A stretch of 64,000 nt of DNA from Rhodospirillaceae bacterium MC! (GTDB lineage: Bacteria > Pseudomonadota > Alphaproteobacteria > MC1), in contig NQOV01000005.1 in the NCBI GenBank assembly GCA_002632265.1, forward strand, positions 148,234-212,233, read 5' to 3'. Shown here in pieces: positions 20,908-31,680 of this stretch. The number at the start of each line of letters is the position of its first letter. Position 1 is the stretch's first letter. The notes under the pieces were generated by a model. The model had not been told where the DNA came from and did no database searches. It saw only the letters and a program-made list of their open reading frames with translations. A program made the translations under genes and the position numbers.

Positions 20908-21954
20908 ATGTCTTATGAATTTAGAGAATTTGAATGTGATGATTTGGATCTTAACAATAAAACCATTTTAATTACAGGTGGCACAGGATCGTTTGGTAAG
21001 TTAATCTCAACTACTATTTTAAACAAATGGAAACCGAAAAGATTAATTATTTTATCAAGAGATGAGCTAAAGCAATCGGAAATGGCAGATAAATCTCCAT
21101 GGAAAAATCATGATTGCGTTCGCTTTTTCATTGGTAATGTAAGAGAGTATGAACGTTTAGAAATGGCTTTCCGTGGAGTTGATTATGTGATCCATGCGGC
21201 GGCTTTAAAGCAGGTTACAACAGCCGAGTATAACCCCTTTGAGTGTATTCGTACCAACGTGATCGGAGCGGAAAATGTAGTGCGTGCGGCCTTGCATAAT
21301 AATGTTCAAAAAGTCATTGCACTTTCAACAGATAAAGCCTCGAACCCAGGTAATTTATACGGTGCATCTAAGCTTGCGAGTGATAAAATCATGACAGCAG
21401 CCAACCATTTAGCAGGAGCAGGCGGTACACGATTTGCGGTTGTACGTTATGGGAATGTTATGGGATCACGTGGGTCAGTTGTTCCACTATTTGATAAATT
21501 AATAACAGACGGCATAAAAAAATTACCAATTACCGATGATCGTATGACACGTTTTTGGATTACCTTACAACAAGGTGTAAACTTTGTTCTTTCTTCTTTA
21601 ACGATCATGAAAGGTGGAGAAATTTTCATTCCAAAAATCCCAAGCATTCATATTACCGATCTGGCAAAAGCTATGGATCCGAACATTGATATGGAAATTG
21701 TCGGCATTCGTCCAGGGGAAAAACTTCATGAATCAATGATAAGCTCTGATGATGCAAGAACCAGTGTAGATCTGGGAGATCGTTACGCAATTTTACCTGC
21801 GGTAGTCCGTTGGAGTGATGATAAACATCATGTATTAACAAAAACCCATAGCTATCTTGATGACGGTTTTGTTTATGCCAGTAATAATAATTCAGAATGG
21901 TTAAGCGTTGAAGATCTCAAGTTCTGGTTAAAGAAATACTATTACACAAGTTAA
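20908..21954 (+). CDS. pseB: UDP-N-acetylglucosamine 4,6-dehydratase (inverting), PseB/FlaA1/CapD family
   Basis: 348 aa; Rossmann motif TGGTGSFG; YGASK catalytic motif. Confidence 0.8.
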   Translation: MSYEFREFECDDLDLNNKTILITGGTGSFGKLISTTILNKWKPKRLIILSRDELKQSEMADKSPWKNHDCVRFFIGNVREYERLEMAFRGVDYVIHAAALKQVTTAEYNPFECIRTNVIGAENVVRAALHNNVQKVIALSTDKASNPGNLYGASKLASDKIMTAANHLAGAGGTRFAVVRYGNVMGSRGSVVPLFDKLITDGIKKLPITDDRMTRFWITLQQGVNFVLSSLTIMKGGEIFIPKIPSIHITDLAKAMDPNIDMEIVGIRPGEKLHESMISSDDARTSVDLGDRYAILPAVVRWSDDKHHVLTKTHSYLDDGFVYASNNNSEWLSVEDLKFWLKKYYYTS

Positions 21955-21960
21955 CCACAT

Positions 21961-22020
21961 AAAAAGCCTTTGTTTAAGTTACTTTATAACTATTTATAAA
22001 TAACTTACAAAGGCTTTTTT
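21961..22020 (+). terminator. Hairpin AAAAAGCCTTTGT...ACAAAGGCTTTTTTGC downstream of pseB
   Basis: 13-bp perfect inverted arms followed by a T-run. Confidence 0.55.
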
Positions 22021-22035
22021 GCTTATTATACTTTA

Positions 22036-22085
22036 TACTATACACTATACACTATACACTATACACTATACACTATGCACTATAT
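22036..22085. repeat. (CTATACA)n heptanucleotide microsatellite, about 7 copies, between pseB and pseC
   Basis: Direct reading. Confidence 0.85.
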
Positions 22086-22175
22086 AATATAAAATATAAA
22101 CTATAAACTATAACATATTACACTTTAACATATTACACTTTATATATACAACCATGCTAAAGGGGAAACGACACT

Positions 22176-23354
22176 ATGGCAGATATAAACTCTTACGGTA
22201 AGCAAGATATTAATCAAGATGATATCAACGAAGTAATCAAAGCCTTAAAAAGCCCAGCTTTAACAGGTGGTAGCTATGTTGAATCCTTTGCCACTGCCTT
22301 AAAAAATGCTGTGAATGCTCCTAGTGCGTCGGTGTGTGCCAATGGCACAGTGGCGTTACATTTATTATATCAGGCCTTAGGAATTACACAAGATGATATT
22401 GTAATTGTTCCAACAATTACTTTCATGGCCACCGCCAACGGTGCAAGATATCTTGGTGCAAATATATACTTTGCTGATGTTGATCCCCTTAGCGGTTTAC
22501 TTACGGTTGAAAGTATACAAAATGCCATTAATGATCTAGACCAACACAATCTCAAAGCCAAAGCCGTCGTACCTGTTCACATGGGCGGTCAGGCTTGCGA
22601 CATGCCTAAAATTCGAGATCTTGCCACCAAGCACAATCTCCTAGTAATTGAAGACGCTTGCCATGCCCTAGGTACTACATATGAAGATAGCCAAGGGAAA
22701 TCTCATAAGGTAGGAGCTTGTAGCCATAGCGATGGCGTTGTCTTTTCCTTTCATCCTGTAAAAACCATAACATCAGGAGAAGGGGGTGGGATCACTTCAT
22801 CGGTTGATATCATTCAAACGGTAAAAGCTCTTACTGGCCATGGAATTATCCGCAATGTGAATGATCAACCATGGTATCATGAAATGCAGATGTTAGGATA
22901 CAACTATCGCATTACCGACATTCAATCGGCTTTAGGTCTTAGCCAAATGCAAAGGCTAGATCAATTTGTTAAGAAAAGACAAGAGTTAATCAATCAATAC
23001 ATAAAAGCATGCGAAAATACGCCGATAAAATTTGCCGTAAATCCTGATGTGGTACATACTACAAGTTGGCATTTATTTGTTTCTCACATTGATTTCAACA
23101 AGCACCATACCACTCGAACAAATGTCATGAATACCCTACGTAATACCCATGAGATTGGCTCACAAGTCCATTATATTCCTGTCCATAGCCAACCCTACTG
23201 GCGAAAGAATTCCCTAAATAGTAAACTAAACTCATCCGAGCTTACTCATGCTTTAGAATATTATCAATCTTGCTTATCATTGCCCCTATTTCCCCTAATG
23301 GATTTAACCGATCCTAAAAGAGTAATAGACGCCTTACAGGATATATTAAAATGA
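22176..23354 (+). CDS. pseC: DegT/DnrJ/EryC1-family PLP-dependent UDP-4-keto-sugar aminotransferase (PseC-like)
   Basis: 392 aa; fold-type I aminotransferase with a conserved lysine region (SFHPVKTIT). Confidence 0.75.
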   Translation: MADINSYGKQDINQDDINEVIKALKSPALTGGSYVESFATALKNAVNAPSASVCANGTVALHLLYQALGITQDDIVIVPTITFMATANGARYLGANIYFADVDPLSGLLTVESIQNAINDLDQHNLKAKAVVPVHMGGQACDMPKIRDLATKHNLLVIEDACHALGTTYEDSQGKSHKVGACSHSDGVVFSFHPVKTITSGEGGGITSSVDIIQTVKALTGHGIIRNVNDQPWYHEMQMLGYNYRITDIQSALGLSQMQRLDQFVKKRQELINQYIKACENTPIKFAVNPDVVHTTSWHLFVSHIDFNKHHTTRTNVMNTLRNTHEIGSQVHYIPVHSQPYWRKNSLNSKLNSSELTHALEYYQSCLSLPLFPLMDLTDPKRVIDALQDILK

Positions 23355-24103
23355 CATCAAGCAACATAAATCATAATATAAACCATAACATAACTCACAA
23401 AAAAGGTATCTGCGTTATTCCTGCACGTGGTGGCTCTACTCGAGTACCACGTAAGAATATCAAAGATTTATGCGGTCGCCCAATGATAGCATGGGTAATA
23501 GATGTGGCGAAAAATAGTAATTTATTTGATCGTATTATCGTCTCTACCGAAGATCAAGAAATCGCCGACGTGGCAAAAAAGCACGGTGCAGAAGTTCCCT
23601 TTCTCCGCAATAGTGCCTTTGATAACATGACCCACGCTAACGAAGCCATAGCCGTAGCCCTTGATCAAGCCTATGATCATTATAAGGAAAGCTACGACTA
23701 TGTGGGAATGTTATTTGCCAACGCTCCACTACAAACGGCAGAAGATCTGGTACAGGCCTTTAATTTCTGGCAAAAAAGCGGAAATACATCCATTATATCA
23801 GCGGCCGAGTATCCTCTCTCTAGCCCATGGCAAGCCATGAAGTTAAACAAACAAACAGGACAAGGGGAATTCTTACACCCTGAAGAACTCAAAAAACGCA
23901 CTCAAGATCGTCAAGAGTTATTCGCTCTAACAGGGGCCTTTTTAATTGCCAAATATCAAGAATTTAGAGAAACAAGAGAATATGATATCGACCGTATTCA
24001 CTATCCCATAACTTGGATCAACGGCCTAGATATCGACAATCTAGACGATTTCCACTTGGCAGAATTCTTAATGTCAAAACGTTTAACAGAAAAACAATCC
24101 TAA
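23351..24103 (+). CDS. Acylneuraminate-cytidylyltransferase-family enzyme (PseF/NeuA-like CMP-sugar synthetase) with an N-terminal (NINH)n tract
   Basis: IPARGGSTRVPRKN motif; 4-bp overlap with the upstream gene. Confidence 0.7.
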   Translation: MTSSNINHNINHNITHKKGICVIPARGGSTRVPRKNIKDLCGRPMIAWVIDVAKNSNLFDRIIVSTEDQEIADVAKKHGAEVPFLRNSAFDNMTHANEAIAVALDQAYDHYKESYDYVGMLFANAPLQTAEDLVQAFNFWQKSGNTSIISAAEYPLSSPWQAMKLNKQTGQGEFLHPEELKKRTQDRQELFALTGAFLIAKYQEFRETREYDIDRIHYPITWINGLDIDNLDDFHLAEFLMSKRLTEKQS

Positions 24104-24121
24104 TGAAAGATAATAAATAAC

Positions 24122-25165
24122 ATGGATCAATATAATTTTATCATTATCCCCAGTGCCGTAAAAGAGTTGGGGACAGGCCATATAAGTAGAATATCATCTT
24201 TAATCCACCATATGAAACGCTATAAAAGTATCAACATAAAAATCCTGTGCTTTAACGATGAACAAAAGAAATTCATAAAAAGCTACATTCGAGTTAATAA
24301 TGAAATTATAGTTATCGACCAAAGCACAATCAAAGATTATATGAACGATAACGCCATAGATTTATGTATTATTGATGATTATAACTTTGATTTATCAATC
24401 ATAGAAAATGCCCGCCTGGGGAATGCTCCTGTTGTGATCTTTGATGATTTCTATCATAAGGATGATTATAAGAATGTCTTTATTATTAACACTCTTGGCA
24501 ATCGCCACAAAGATCCCAAACGCTACGAAAAACTCAATGGCCGCCTATTTGCAGGCGATCTCACACATCAAGTCATACGAGAAGATTTAACCTCTATCCC
24601 CTTAGTGGAAAAGGTTAATAATAAAGATATCAACGAGTTATTGGTATTAACTGGCGGTAATGATGTTTTAAATATCCGTTTTGATATCTTAGATCTCTTA
24701 CAAACTCACATAATATCAGCAATTCCCCATGTGAAAATCACTCTCATTTTAGGCACAACAGAAGATCGACAAAAAATTGAAGAAATGAACAACGGTAAAA
24801 TTAATATTTTATTCCGTCCTGATAACATCGCCGAACTCATCGCCCACTCCCAATGGGCCATAACCGCAGGCGGACAAACCACATTCGAACTAATGTTCCA
24901 CAAAGTTCCCACATTCCTATACATGATAGCCGACAACCAAGAAAACCTAGTGGAAACCCTAAAAGATACCTATGATTTCCTTTGCGATTGCCGATTAAAA
25001 GGCTGGCAAACCGAATTCGTAACAAACACCCTAAAATACCATAAAAATCTCATCTCCACCCCCAGCCAAAAACCCATCCCCACCACCACAGGCGGATCAG
25101 CTCTCGCAGAACTATTATACACATACACCGTACGAGAAAAAATCCGAAAAATCGGCGTTCACTAA
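24122..25165 (+). CDS. PseG/SpsG-like UDP-sugar hydrolase (GT28 C-terminal-domain-like)
   Basis: 347 aa; position after the cytidylyltransferase as in pse operons; weak GT-B-like C-terminus. Confidence 0.45.
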   Translation: MDQYNFIIIPSAVKELGTGHISRISSLIHHMKRYKSINIKILCFNDEQKKFIKSYIRVNNEIIVIDQSTIKDYMNDNAIDLCIIDDYNFDLSIIENARLGNAPVVIFDDFYHKDDYKNVFIINTLGNRHKDPKRYEKLNGRLFAGDLTHQVIREDLTSIPLVEKVNNKDINELLVLTGGNDVLNIRFDILDLLQTHIISAIPHVKITLILGTTEDRQKIEEMNNGKINILFRPDNIAELIAHSQWAITAGGQTTFELMFHKVPTFLYMIADNQENLVETLKDTYDFLCDCRLKGWQTEFVTNTLKYHKNLISTPSQKPIPTTTGGSALAELLYTYTVREKIRKIGVH

Positions 25166-25243
25166 TACATTATAAAATTTATTGTATAATCACATATCTT
25201 ATGTTACAATACATTTTTTCATAAATAATCAAAAGAGTACAGA

Positions 25244-26212
25244 ATGACAAATGATAATAAAAACGTAAACCAAAAGCCGATCAACAAGGATAAGGGTAAA
25301 TATGAAGATGTAATTCTAACATTAGCATGCAATGATGCTTATACGGAATACGCCATGGTCGTAATTTTTTCCATATACGAAAACCGTAACCCCCATAGAA
25401 CATACGAAATAAAACTCTTTGCCAATGGAATTACAGATGAAAACACAAAAAGAATAAAGAATTTAACTTCTCACAACTTTAACGTACAAATCTATGATGT
25501 AACAAAAGAACTACAATCTTTAACTTCACAAGGTTTATTACCGCACATATCAATTGATACTTACATACGTTTTTTCATAATTGATCGCCTACAAGAATAC
25601 AACAGAATTCTATACTTGGATATCGATATGATAGTATGTAGCGATGTCGGTGAATTATTTGATCTAGATCTTAAAAATAAGGCTATAGGTGCGTCAACCG
25701 ATACCCCACTCGTCAAAGGATATGCCGATGATGATACTCTTAATTTTGCAGGACATAATATTAAATTTAGAGAGTATTTTGATAACACCTTAAAATTAAC
25801 CAAACCTGATAATTATTTTCAAGCTGGTACTTTACTCATTGATGTCCCAAAAACCATAGAAAAATTACCACTTTATAAAGCCTTAAACCTAATTGAGAAA
25901 CAATTCATATTAGCCGATCAAGATATTCTTAATTATGTATTTAATGATGATATGCTCTTAATAGATAAATCATGGAATGCCATTGCTAAACAGTCAAAAA
26001 GAAGTTATAAAGATTATAAAATTATGCACTTTGCAGGCCCTACAAAACCATGGCGTAAGCCTAAAACTAGATTCGCTAATGTTTGGTGGTCTTACGCCAT
26101 TCAACTCAACAAAATAACCCCACTTCATGACCTTAAATTCCCCCTTAGATTTACAACTTTTAAAATACCCTATGCCATAGTACTAAAGATTCATAGCCTA
26201 TTAGCAAAGTAA
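25244..26212 (+). CDS. Glycosyltransferase family 8 (LPS glucosyl/galactosyltransferase-like), paralog 1
   Basis: GT8 pattern: N-terminal LACNDAY and a DxD motif (LDIDMIV). Confidence 0.75.
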   Translation: MTNDNKNVNQKPINKDKGKYEDVILTLACNDAYTEYAMVVIFSIYENRNPHRTYEIKLFANGITDENTKRIKNLTSHNFNVQIYDVTKELQSLTSQGLLPHISIDTYIRFFIIDRLQEYNRILYLDIDMIVCSDVGELFDLDLKNKAIGASTDTPLVKGYADDDTLNFAGHNIKFREYFDNTLKLTKPDNYFQAGTLLIDVPKTIEKLPLYKALNLIEKQFILADQDILNYVFNDDMLLIDKSWNAIAKQSKRSYKDYKIMHFAGPTKPWRKPKTRFANVWWSYAIQLNKITPLHDLKFPLRFTTFKIPYAIVLKIHSLLAK

Positions 26213-26234
26213 ATACATATAAAAGAGTGGAAAA

Positions 26235-27194
26235 ATGAAAAATGAAAATGCACACATAAAGCAAAAATCAGTCAACAAGAATAGAGATGAAGATGTAATT
26301 CTAACATTAGCATGCAATGACGCTTATGCAGAATACACCATGGTTTTAATTTTTTCCATATATAGCAACCGAAATCCCAATCGCACATACGAAATCAAAC
26401 TATATGCCAATGGAATTACAGATGAAAACACACAGAGAATAAAGAATTTAACTTCTCATAACTTTAATGTGCAAGTCTATAATATAACAAAAGAACTACA
26501 ATCTTTAACCGCAAAGGGCTTATCATATCACATATCAATTGATACTTACACACGTTTTTTTATAATTGATCAGTTAAAAGAATACAAAAAAATTATATAT
26601 TTAGATATCGATATGATCGTCTGTAGTGATGTTGGCGAATTATTTGATATGGATCTTATGAATAAAGCCATTGGGGCATCCAGTGATTCAACGCTAATCA
26701 ATGGATATACCAATAATAACATTATGCACTTTACAGGGCGTAATATTAAATTTAGGGATTATTTTGATAACACCTTGAAATTAACCAAACCTGATAACTA
26801 TTTCCAAGCAGGTATGCTACTAATTGACATCGAAAAAACTCTGAATAAATTACCACTTGATAAAGCCTTAAGCCTAATTGAAACACAATTCATATTAGCC
26901 GATCAAGATATTCTTAATCATGTATTTAATGAAGATGTAACCTTAATAAATGAATCTTGGAACACCATTGCCAAACAGTCAAAAAGAAGCTTTACAGGTT
27001 ACAAAATTCTGCATTATGCCATGTGGAAAAAGCCATGGCTTGCCCCCAATACTCGATTCGCTCATATCTGGTGGAAATACGCTGTAAAACTCAACAAAAT
27101 ACAACCACTTCATGGCCTTAAGTTTCCCCTTAGATATACAACTTTTAAAATACCTTATGCGATAATTCTAAAGATTCATAGCTTATTCTCCTAA
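26235..27194 (+). CDS. Glycosyltransferase family 8, tandem paralog 2. It is about 70 percent identical to paralog 1 and its C-terminal third has diverged.
   Basis: Same motifs as the preceding gene. Confidence 0.75.
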   Translation: MKNENAHIKQKSVNKNRDEDVILTLACNDAYAEYTMVLIFSIYSNRNPNRTYEIKLYANGITDENTQRIKNLTSHNFNVQVYNITKELQSLTAKGLSYHISIDTYTRFFIIDQLKEYKKIIYLDIDMIVCSDVGELFDMDLMNKAIGASSDSTLINGYTNNNIMHFTGRNIKFRDYFDNTLKLTKPDNYFQAGMLLIDIEKTLNKLPLDKALSLIETQFILADQDILNHVFNEDVTLINESWNTIAKQSKRSFTGYKILHYAMWKKPWLAPNTRFAHIWWKYAVKLNKIQPLHGLKFPLRYTTFKIPYAIILKIHSLFS

Positions 27195-27199
27195 TCCCT

Positions 27200-28114
27200 T
27201 TAGCTTGCAACTTCGTAATGATAAGTCTTAAGAATCATATGATTATTAAAGTTACCGAATCCCTTACCGAACAAATGCAGTCCGCCAGGGTTTTCGGTTT
27301 CCTGTGGGCTTTCGATTTTTAGGATACTGTCCTTATTGTCATTGAGTTGGATATCATGCACAGTAATATCAGATACCTTAATATGATTAATGAAAGTCCC
27401 CCTTTTTGTAACAGATAGTATAATTTTTTCACCGTATTGGCTTAAGATCCACCAATCAGGAGTATAAATCCCCTGTTCTTTTTTCGGATCGATATTGGTA
27501 ATATATTTGCCAATTTCTACGCCGTTCCAATAAAAATATATATCCGAATGCAAAGTCTTTTTCAATTCTGGACACTCTACAGATAATTCCAAAGTTAATT
27601 CTATTTTATTGATCTTTTTTTCGTGGATAGCATAGCACGGAATGGTATATTCCAACCAGCCTTGAGAAAACCACAACACTCCCACTTCGCTCTTATTAAA
27701 ACGAGAAAAGTAGCGACTATCATCACATTCATCTAAAATATCGGTCGTACTCGCCAGACCACAAGTGGGTAAGACATTGTAATTACTATAAGATCCAATG
27801 GGAATCTCGTATTGTTGAGTGGTTAAAATATCATTATCTTTTTTAGTTATCTTAATGTGATAATCCTTAAAGATCAACGAACAAACCTTTTGTAAGCCAT
27901 TTTTTGCCGATATGTTTTTTGTACGAATGATTCCTGCTTGTTCTAACTCTCTGATATGCTTAGAAATAGTAACATTAGAAACCTCAAGAGATTGGGCGAT
28001 CTGGACAATATTTTTTTCTCCTGTTACTAGCGTTTCTAAAATATTCACTTTAGTTTCAGAAGAAAGAGCTTTAAAAAATTTACTGTTGTTTAATGAAATG
28101 TTTTTATTCATCAT
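27200..28114 (-). CDS. ArsR-type winged-helix regulator fused to an uncharacterised C-terminal domain of about 200 aa
   Basis: N-terminal KVNILETLVTGEKNIVQIAQSLEVSNVTISKHIRELEQAGII fits the ArsR/SmtB helix-turn-helix; the C-terminal domain has no recognisable motif. Confidence 0.5.
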   Translation of the reverse strand: MMNKNISLNNSKFFKALSSETKVNILETLVTGEKNIVQIAQSLEVSNVTISKHIRELEQAGIIRTKNISAKNGLQKVCSLIFKDYHIKITKKDNDILTTQQYEIPIGSYSNYNVLPTCGLASTTDILDECDDSRYFSRFNKSEVGVLWFSQGWLEYTIPCYAIHEKKINKIELTLELSVECPELKKTLHSDIYFYWNGVEIGKYITNIDPKKEQGIYTPDWWILSQYGEKIILSVTKRGTFINHIKVSDITVHDIQLNDNKDSILKIESPQETENPGGLHLFGKGFGNFNNHMILKTYHYEVAS

Positions 28115-28531
28115 ATTTCCTTTACATTTTTATTAGGCTTATAAGCATGCTTGTATAAGCATATTTTATGAGTATAGTATATTTAATGAAAAACTACAAT
28201 TATTTTTTCACAATTTAATAAAACTAATCTGATTCTATCAAATGAAACAAATATTATCCAGATTCTTAGATATTTTTTCGCTAAAACATTACGCTACAAC
28301 AAAATAAATAAAACAGTATCTTAATTTTATCTTAATAAAATATACAGATATTACAATAATTTATCCTAAAGCCATATGTATAATATACTTTTAGCAAGAA
28401 TTAACTAATCATATTAACTCCTACTATTTCAATCTCACAGAAAAAAAATACTTGTATATTACAAACTGATATAGTATAATTACATATAAGATATATTTTT
28501 ATCAAATAAAGAAATTATTTAGGAGAATATC

Positions 28532-30301
28532 ATGGTAAGTGCAATCTCAAGTATAGAAAACTTAAATGTTAACGAACGTATCCAGACAAAATCTGTAACC
28601 CCTGTAAGTCATACAAAAAATCAGGATGATTCAGAAAGTGGAAGTGCAAATGTAAAATCTTTAAATTTAGAAGATTATACTTATGGTCAACATACGCCTA
28701 AAACTGCCGATAAAAAAGAATCTACAAAGGAAGTAGAATCCAATCCTATTAACGCTAACGCCAACAATAACGCCAAAGCTAGCACTAACACCAATGCAAG
28801 CAACGAAAAATCACCGTTGGAATTGGAAAAATCCCCGCTTGAAGAAGAAGGCGAGCTTCAAATGGCTAATATTAACAGTGGTGGCGGTACTGTTACAACA
28901 GCACAAATTAATTCAGATCAAGGGCTTACTTCACAAACATTAAATGTGGATATTTTAAAAAGTAACGACGCCTCTCAAGATTTATTGGAGATCCCTTCAA
29001 CTACTGCGATCAAAACAATCGTTATTAATGTAAAAGATGAAAATGGCGAATCGGTTGTGAAAAATATCACAGTGGATCAAAAGGGCAACGTCCTAAAAGA
29101 AGAAACTCAAAAAGCTAGCAACAAGCCAACCACAATGAAAGAAGAAAAAGGCCATATTGAAAATTTAAGAACAAATTTCCAACAAAAACGCCAAACTGTC
29201 GAAAGCTTAATGTTCCAACTAAAACAATCAATTGCCAGCGGTAAGGTGGACGATATCCACTATTTAACAAGCGTAGTAAATAAATCTATCTCATCCCTAA
29301 GATCGGACGCTACAGCACTGTATAATAAAGTATATTTATATGAAACTGGCTTATATAGTGGCGAAACATCATCAGGCACTAACATCATAAAAAATACAGC
29401 CGATGGCATGAACTCTCAATCGCAAAATAATAACCAAGCGAACACAACAGATCAAGCAACAGATCAAGATTCTCAATCATTATTGCAATCGGTTGAAGAT
29501 ATCGCCAATCAACAAACCGTAGTCAGTGGCAACAATTCTTCCGCTAAAATAAATTTAGATCTAGCAAGTCCGCCAGAAAATACACTTAATATAGCTGATA
29601 ATATAGCTGACAATAATAATGCAAACAGCAATAAGGAGAATGTAACAACTGCCACTAATATCGATCTTGCGAAAAACAACACCTCATCAAAACAAGCCTA
29701 TCATAACGTGCAGAAAGGAGCGAAAAACAACAACGTTACAGATCTTGCCAACTCGGCTAATACCCAAGCCTATGTTCAAAACATCCCCCTTACCGAACAG
29801 GTGGCCGCTGCTGCGTCCCTAACTCTAACTACTGGGGCCTTGGATATCATGAGCATTAGCACCGATCCCCATAGATCGCATATTAGCATGCACAACAACC
29901 CCGCAGTAGATCTCGATACCGCAGTGGAAGAAGTCAACCAAACAGAGGCCAGCAATCAAAACTCTTCAAATTCCGATCGTCATGATAATCATGAAACCTA
30001 CCAACAACAGGACATGGATTCGGGATACAATAGCCACGCCATAAACGTCTACAGCCAATTTAACAATAAAAACAACAATGAATTCCGAGAAAAACAACGC
30101 AAACTAAACAACCTTAGATACGAACGCAACAACACCGATGAAAACATCGACCTAATGGAAGACCAGTTTAATCGCCTAACATCCGAAAGCAACAGAGTCA
30201 TCAACGAAGAAAAAATCATCTCCAAAGCCCCAACCGACATCCGCAACCAAATGAAACAAGAAGCCATATCTCGCAGAGAACAACGCTTGTCATTCATGTA
30301 A
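28532..30301 (+). CDS. 589-aa N/Q/S/T-rich low-complexity protein with a C-terminal coiled coil; no signal peptide
   Basis: AGGAGA ribosome-binding site 8 nt upstream; 417-bp AT-rich upstream region shared with the divergent regulator. Confidence 0.6.
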   Translation: MVSAISSIENLNVNERIQTKSVTPVSHTKNQDDSESGSANVKSLNLEDYTYGQHTPKTADKKESTKEVESNPINANANNNAKASTNTNASNEKSPLELEKSPLEEEGELQMANINSGGGTVTTAQINSDQGLTSQTLNVDILKSNDASQDLLEIPSTTAIKTIVINVKDENGESVVKNITVDQKGNVLKEETQKASNKPTTMKEEKGHIENLRTNFQQKRQTVESLMFQLKQSIASGKVDDIHYLTSVVNKSISSLRSDATALYNKVYLYETGLYSGETSSGTNIIKNTADGMNSQSQNNNQANTTDQATDQDSQSLLQSVEDIANQQTVVSGNNSSAKINLDLASPPENTLNIADNIADNNNANSNKENVTTATNIDLAKNNTSSKQAYHNVQKGAKNNNVTDLANSANTQAYVQNIPLTEQVAAAASLTLTTGALDIMSISTDPHRSHISMHNNPAVDLDTAVEEVNQTEASNQNSSNSDRHDNHETYQQQDMDSGYNSHAINVYSQFNNKNNNEFREKQRKLNNLRYERNNTDENIDLMEDQFNRLTSESNRVINEEKIISKAPTDIRNQMKQEAISRREQRLSFM

Positions 30302-30499
30302 ATACTGGTATTATCTAAGATATTATAGTTAACTAAAGGAATTTAGTTAACTATTTTTTTGTTCGTAGATTTTATAAAATTATAGTAGATCACAACATCA
30401 ACAACCCATACATGGCAGTTTCCAACATAATGAAATCTCGAGGTGATCGCCGTATGGAAATTACCTTAAACGCTAAATTCTAAAAGATAACTTTTTAAG

Positions 30500-31648
30500 T
30501 TATAAGCTTTGGATTATCTCTAGGCGTTTGGCGTTGGCTTGTTGGGGGTTGTTGTCTTTGTATTCTAAGAGATCGGCTTGGATGATGTTGAGTTGTCTTG
30601 TTTCTTTGGGGGTTAGGTCTCGGTTGGGTTCGAGGTTTAGGGCGTCGGTTGTTATGCTCCAGACTTGTACGGCAAGTCCGAGTTTGGCTTTTAGGATAAT
30701 GCTTTCTGGGGTTTGGGGATTGGGGGTGATTAGTTCATTCATATATTTTACGATATTTTTCTTATCGTCTTTAAAGATATCGATGAATAAATCGCCTAAT
30801 TCTTGCGATGGTTGGATTTTCCAGCTATCTTTTAGAACTTTAAATACTTTCTTTTGCTGATTGGTTTTGATACATAATTCATTAAACAATCTTAAAGCTT
30901 CGATATTTGTAGGATGTTCTTTGATGATTTTTTCAACGCTTTTAAAGGATTGAGATAGGTCATCATTATCCATAAACTCTTGAATACTTTTCATTTGCAT
31001 ATGAAGATATTCATCTACGTGTTTTGTTTTTTTGTAAATATTTGCGAGAGCGGTGGTATTATTTTCCTTTTTCACTTGTTCGATTAAAATACAAGCGATT
31101 TTTTCATTAATACGAGTTTGTTGTAAAAAGTAATCTAACTCAATACCTTTACTCTTATTGGTTGAAGATTTATAATAGCATATGCGTTTTAAATTATGCA
31201 AACTCGTATTAGCATAGGAACTAATGGTAAATAGAATCTCATGGGCCTCATCATATTTGCCTTCATAAAATAAGACGATTGCCTTTAAAAGTTTAGCCAA
31301 TTCCGAATCATTTTTTGAGAGCTTTTTAAGTACTACAGCACTATTGAGATCATTATCTAAGGCAAGATCACAGATGAGATCTTTGATATAGACGTCCTTA
31401 TCATTGGATGTAATTAAGCCATAACCAATGAATGGGATTTTGATGAGAAAGCGTAAAAATTTTAGTGCGGTATAAAGAATATAAATGGCAAATAAAACTA
31501 AGATATTGATCCATAATAATAAAACCGTTGGTAATTCATAGGATACCGTTTCCATTGAAAAACGAACATCCCCTAATGTGTGTTTAAAGAAAACACTCAA
31601 GGCGGTTATTATAACAAATGCTATAAAATATATAATAATACGTATCAT
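30500..31648 (-). CDS. hemY: HemY-like protein (two N-terminal transmembrane helices plus TPR-like helical domain)
   Basis: N-terminal MIRIIIYFIAFVIITALSVFF transmembrane pair and position next to the hemD-hemX gene. Confidence 0.55.
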   Translation of the reverse strand: MIRIIIYFIAFVIITALSVFFKHTLGDVRFSMETVSYELPTVLLLWINILVLFAIYILYTALKFLRFLIKIPFIGYGLITSNDKDVYIKDLICDLALDNDLNSAVVLKKLSKNDSELAKLLKAIVLFYEGKYDEAHEILFTISSYANTSLHNLKRICYYKSSTNKSKGIELDYFLQQTRINEKIACILIEQVKKENNTTALANIYKKTKHVDEYLHMQMKSIQEFMDNDDLSQSFKSVEKIIKEHPTNIEALRLFNELCIKTNQQKKVFKVLKDSWKIQPSQELGDLFIDIFKDDKKNIVKYMNELITPNPQTPESIILKAKLGLAVQVWSITTDALNLEPNRDLTPKETRQLNIIQADLLEYKDNNPQQANAKRLEIIQSL

Positions 31649-31680
31649 GATGAACTCCTAAGTTCTTAAGTAAATGTAAT

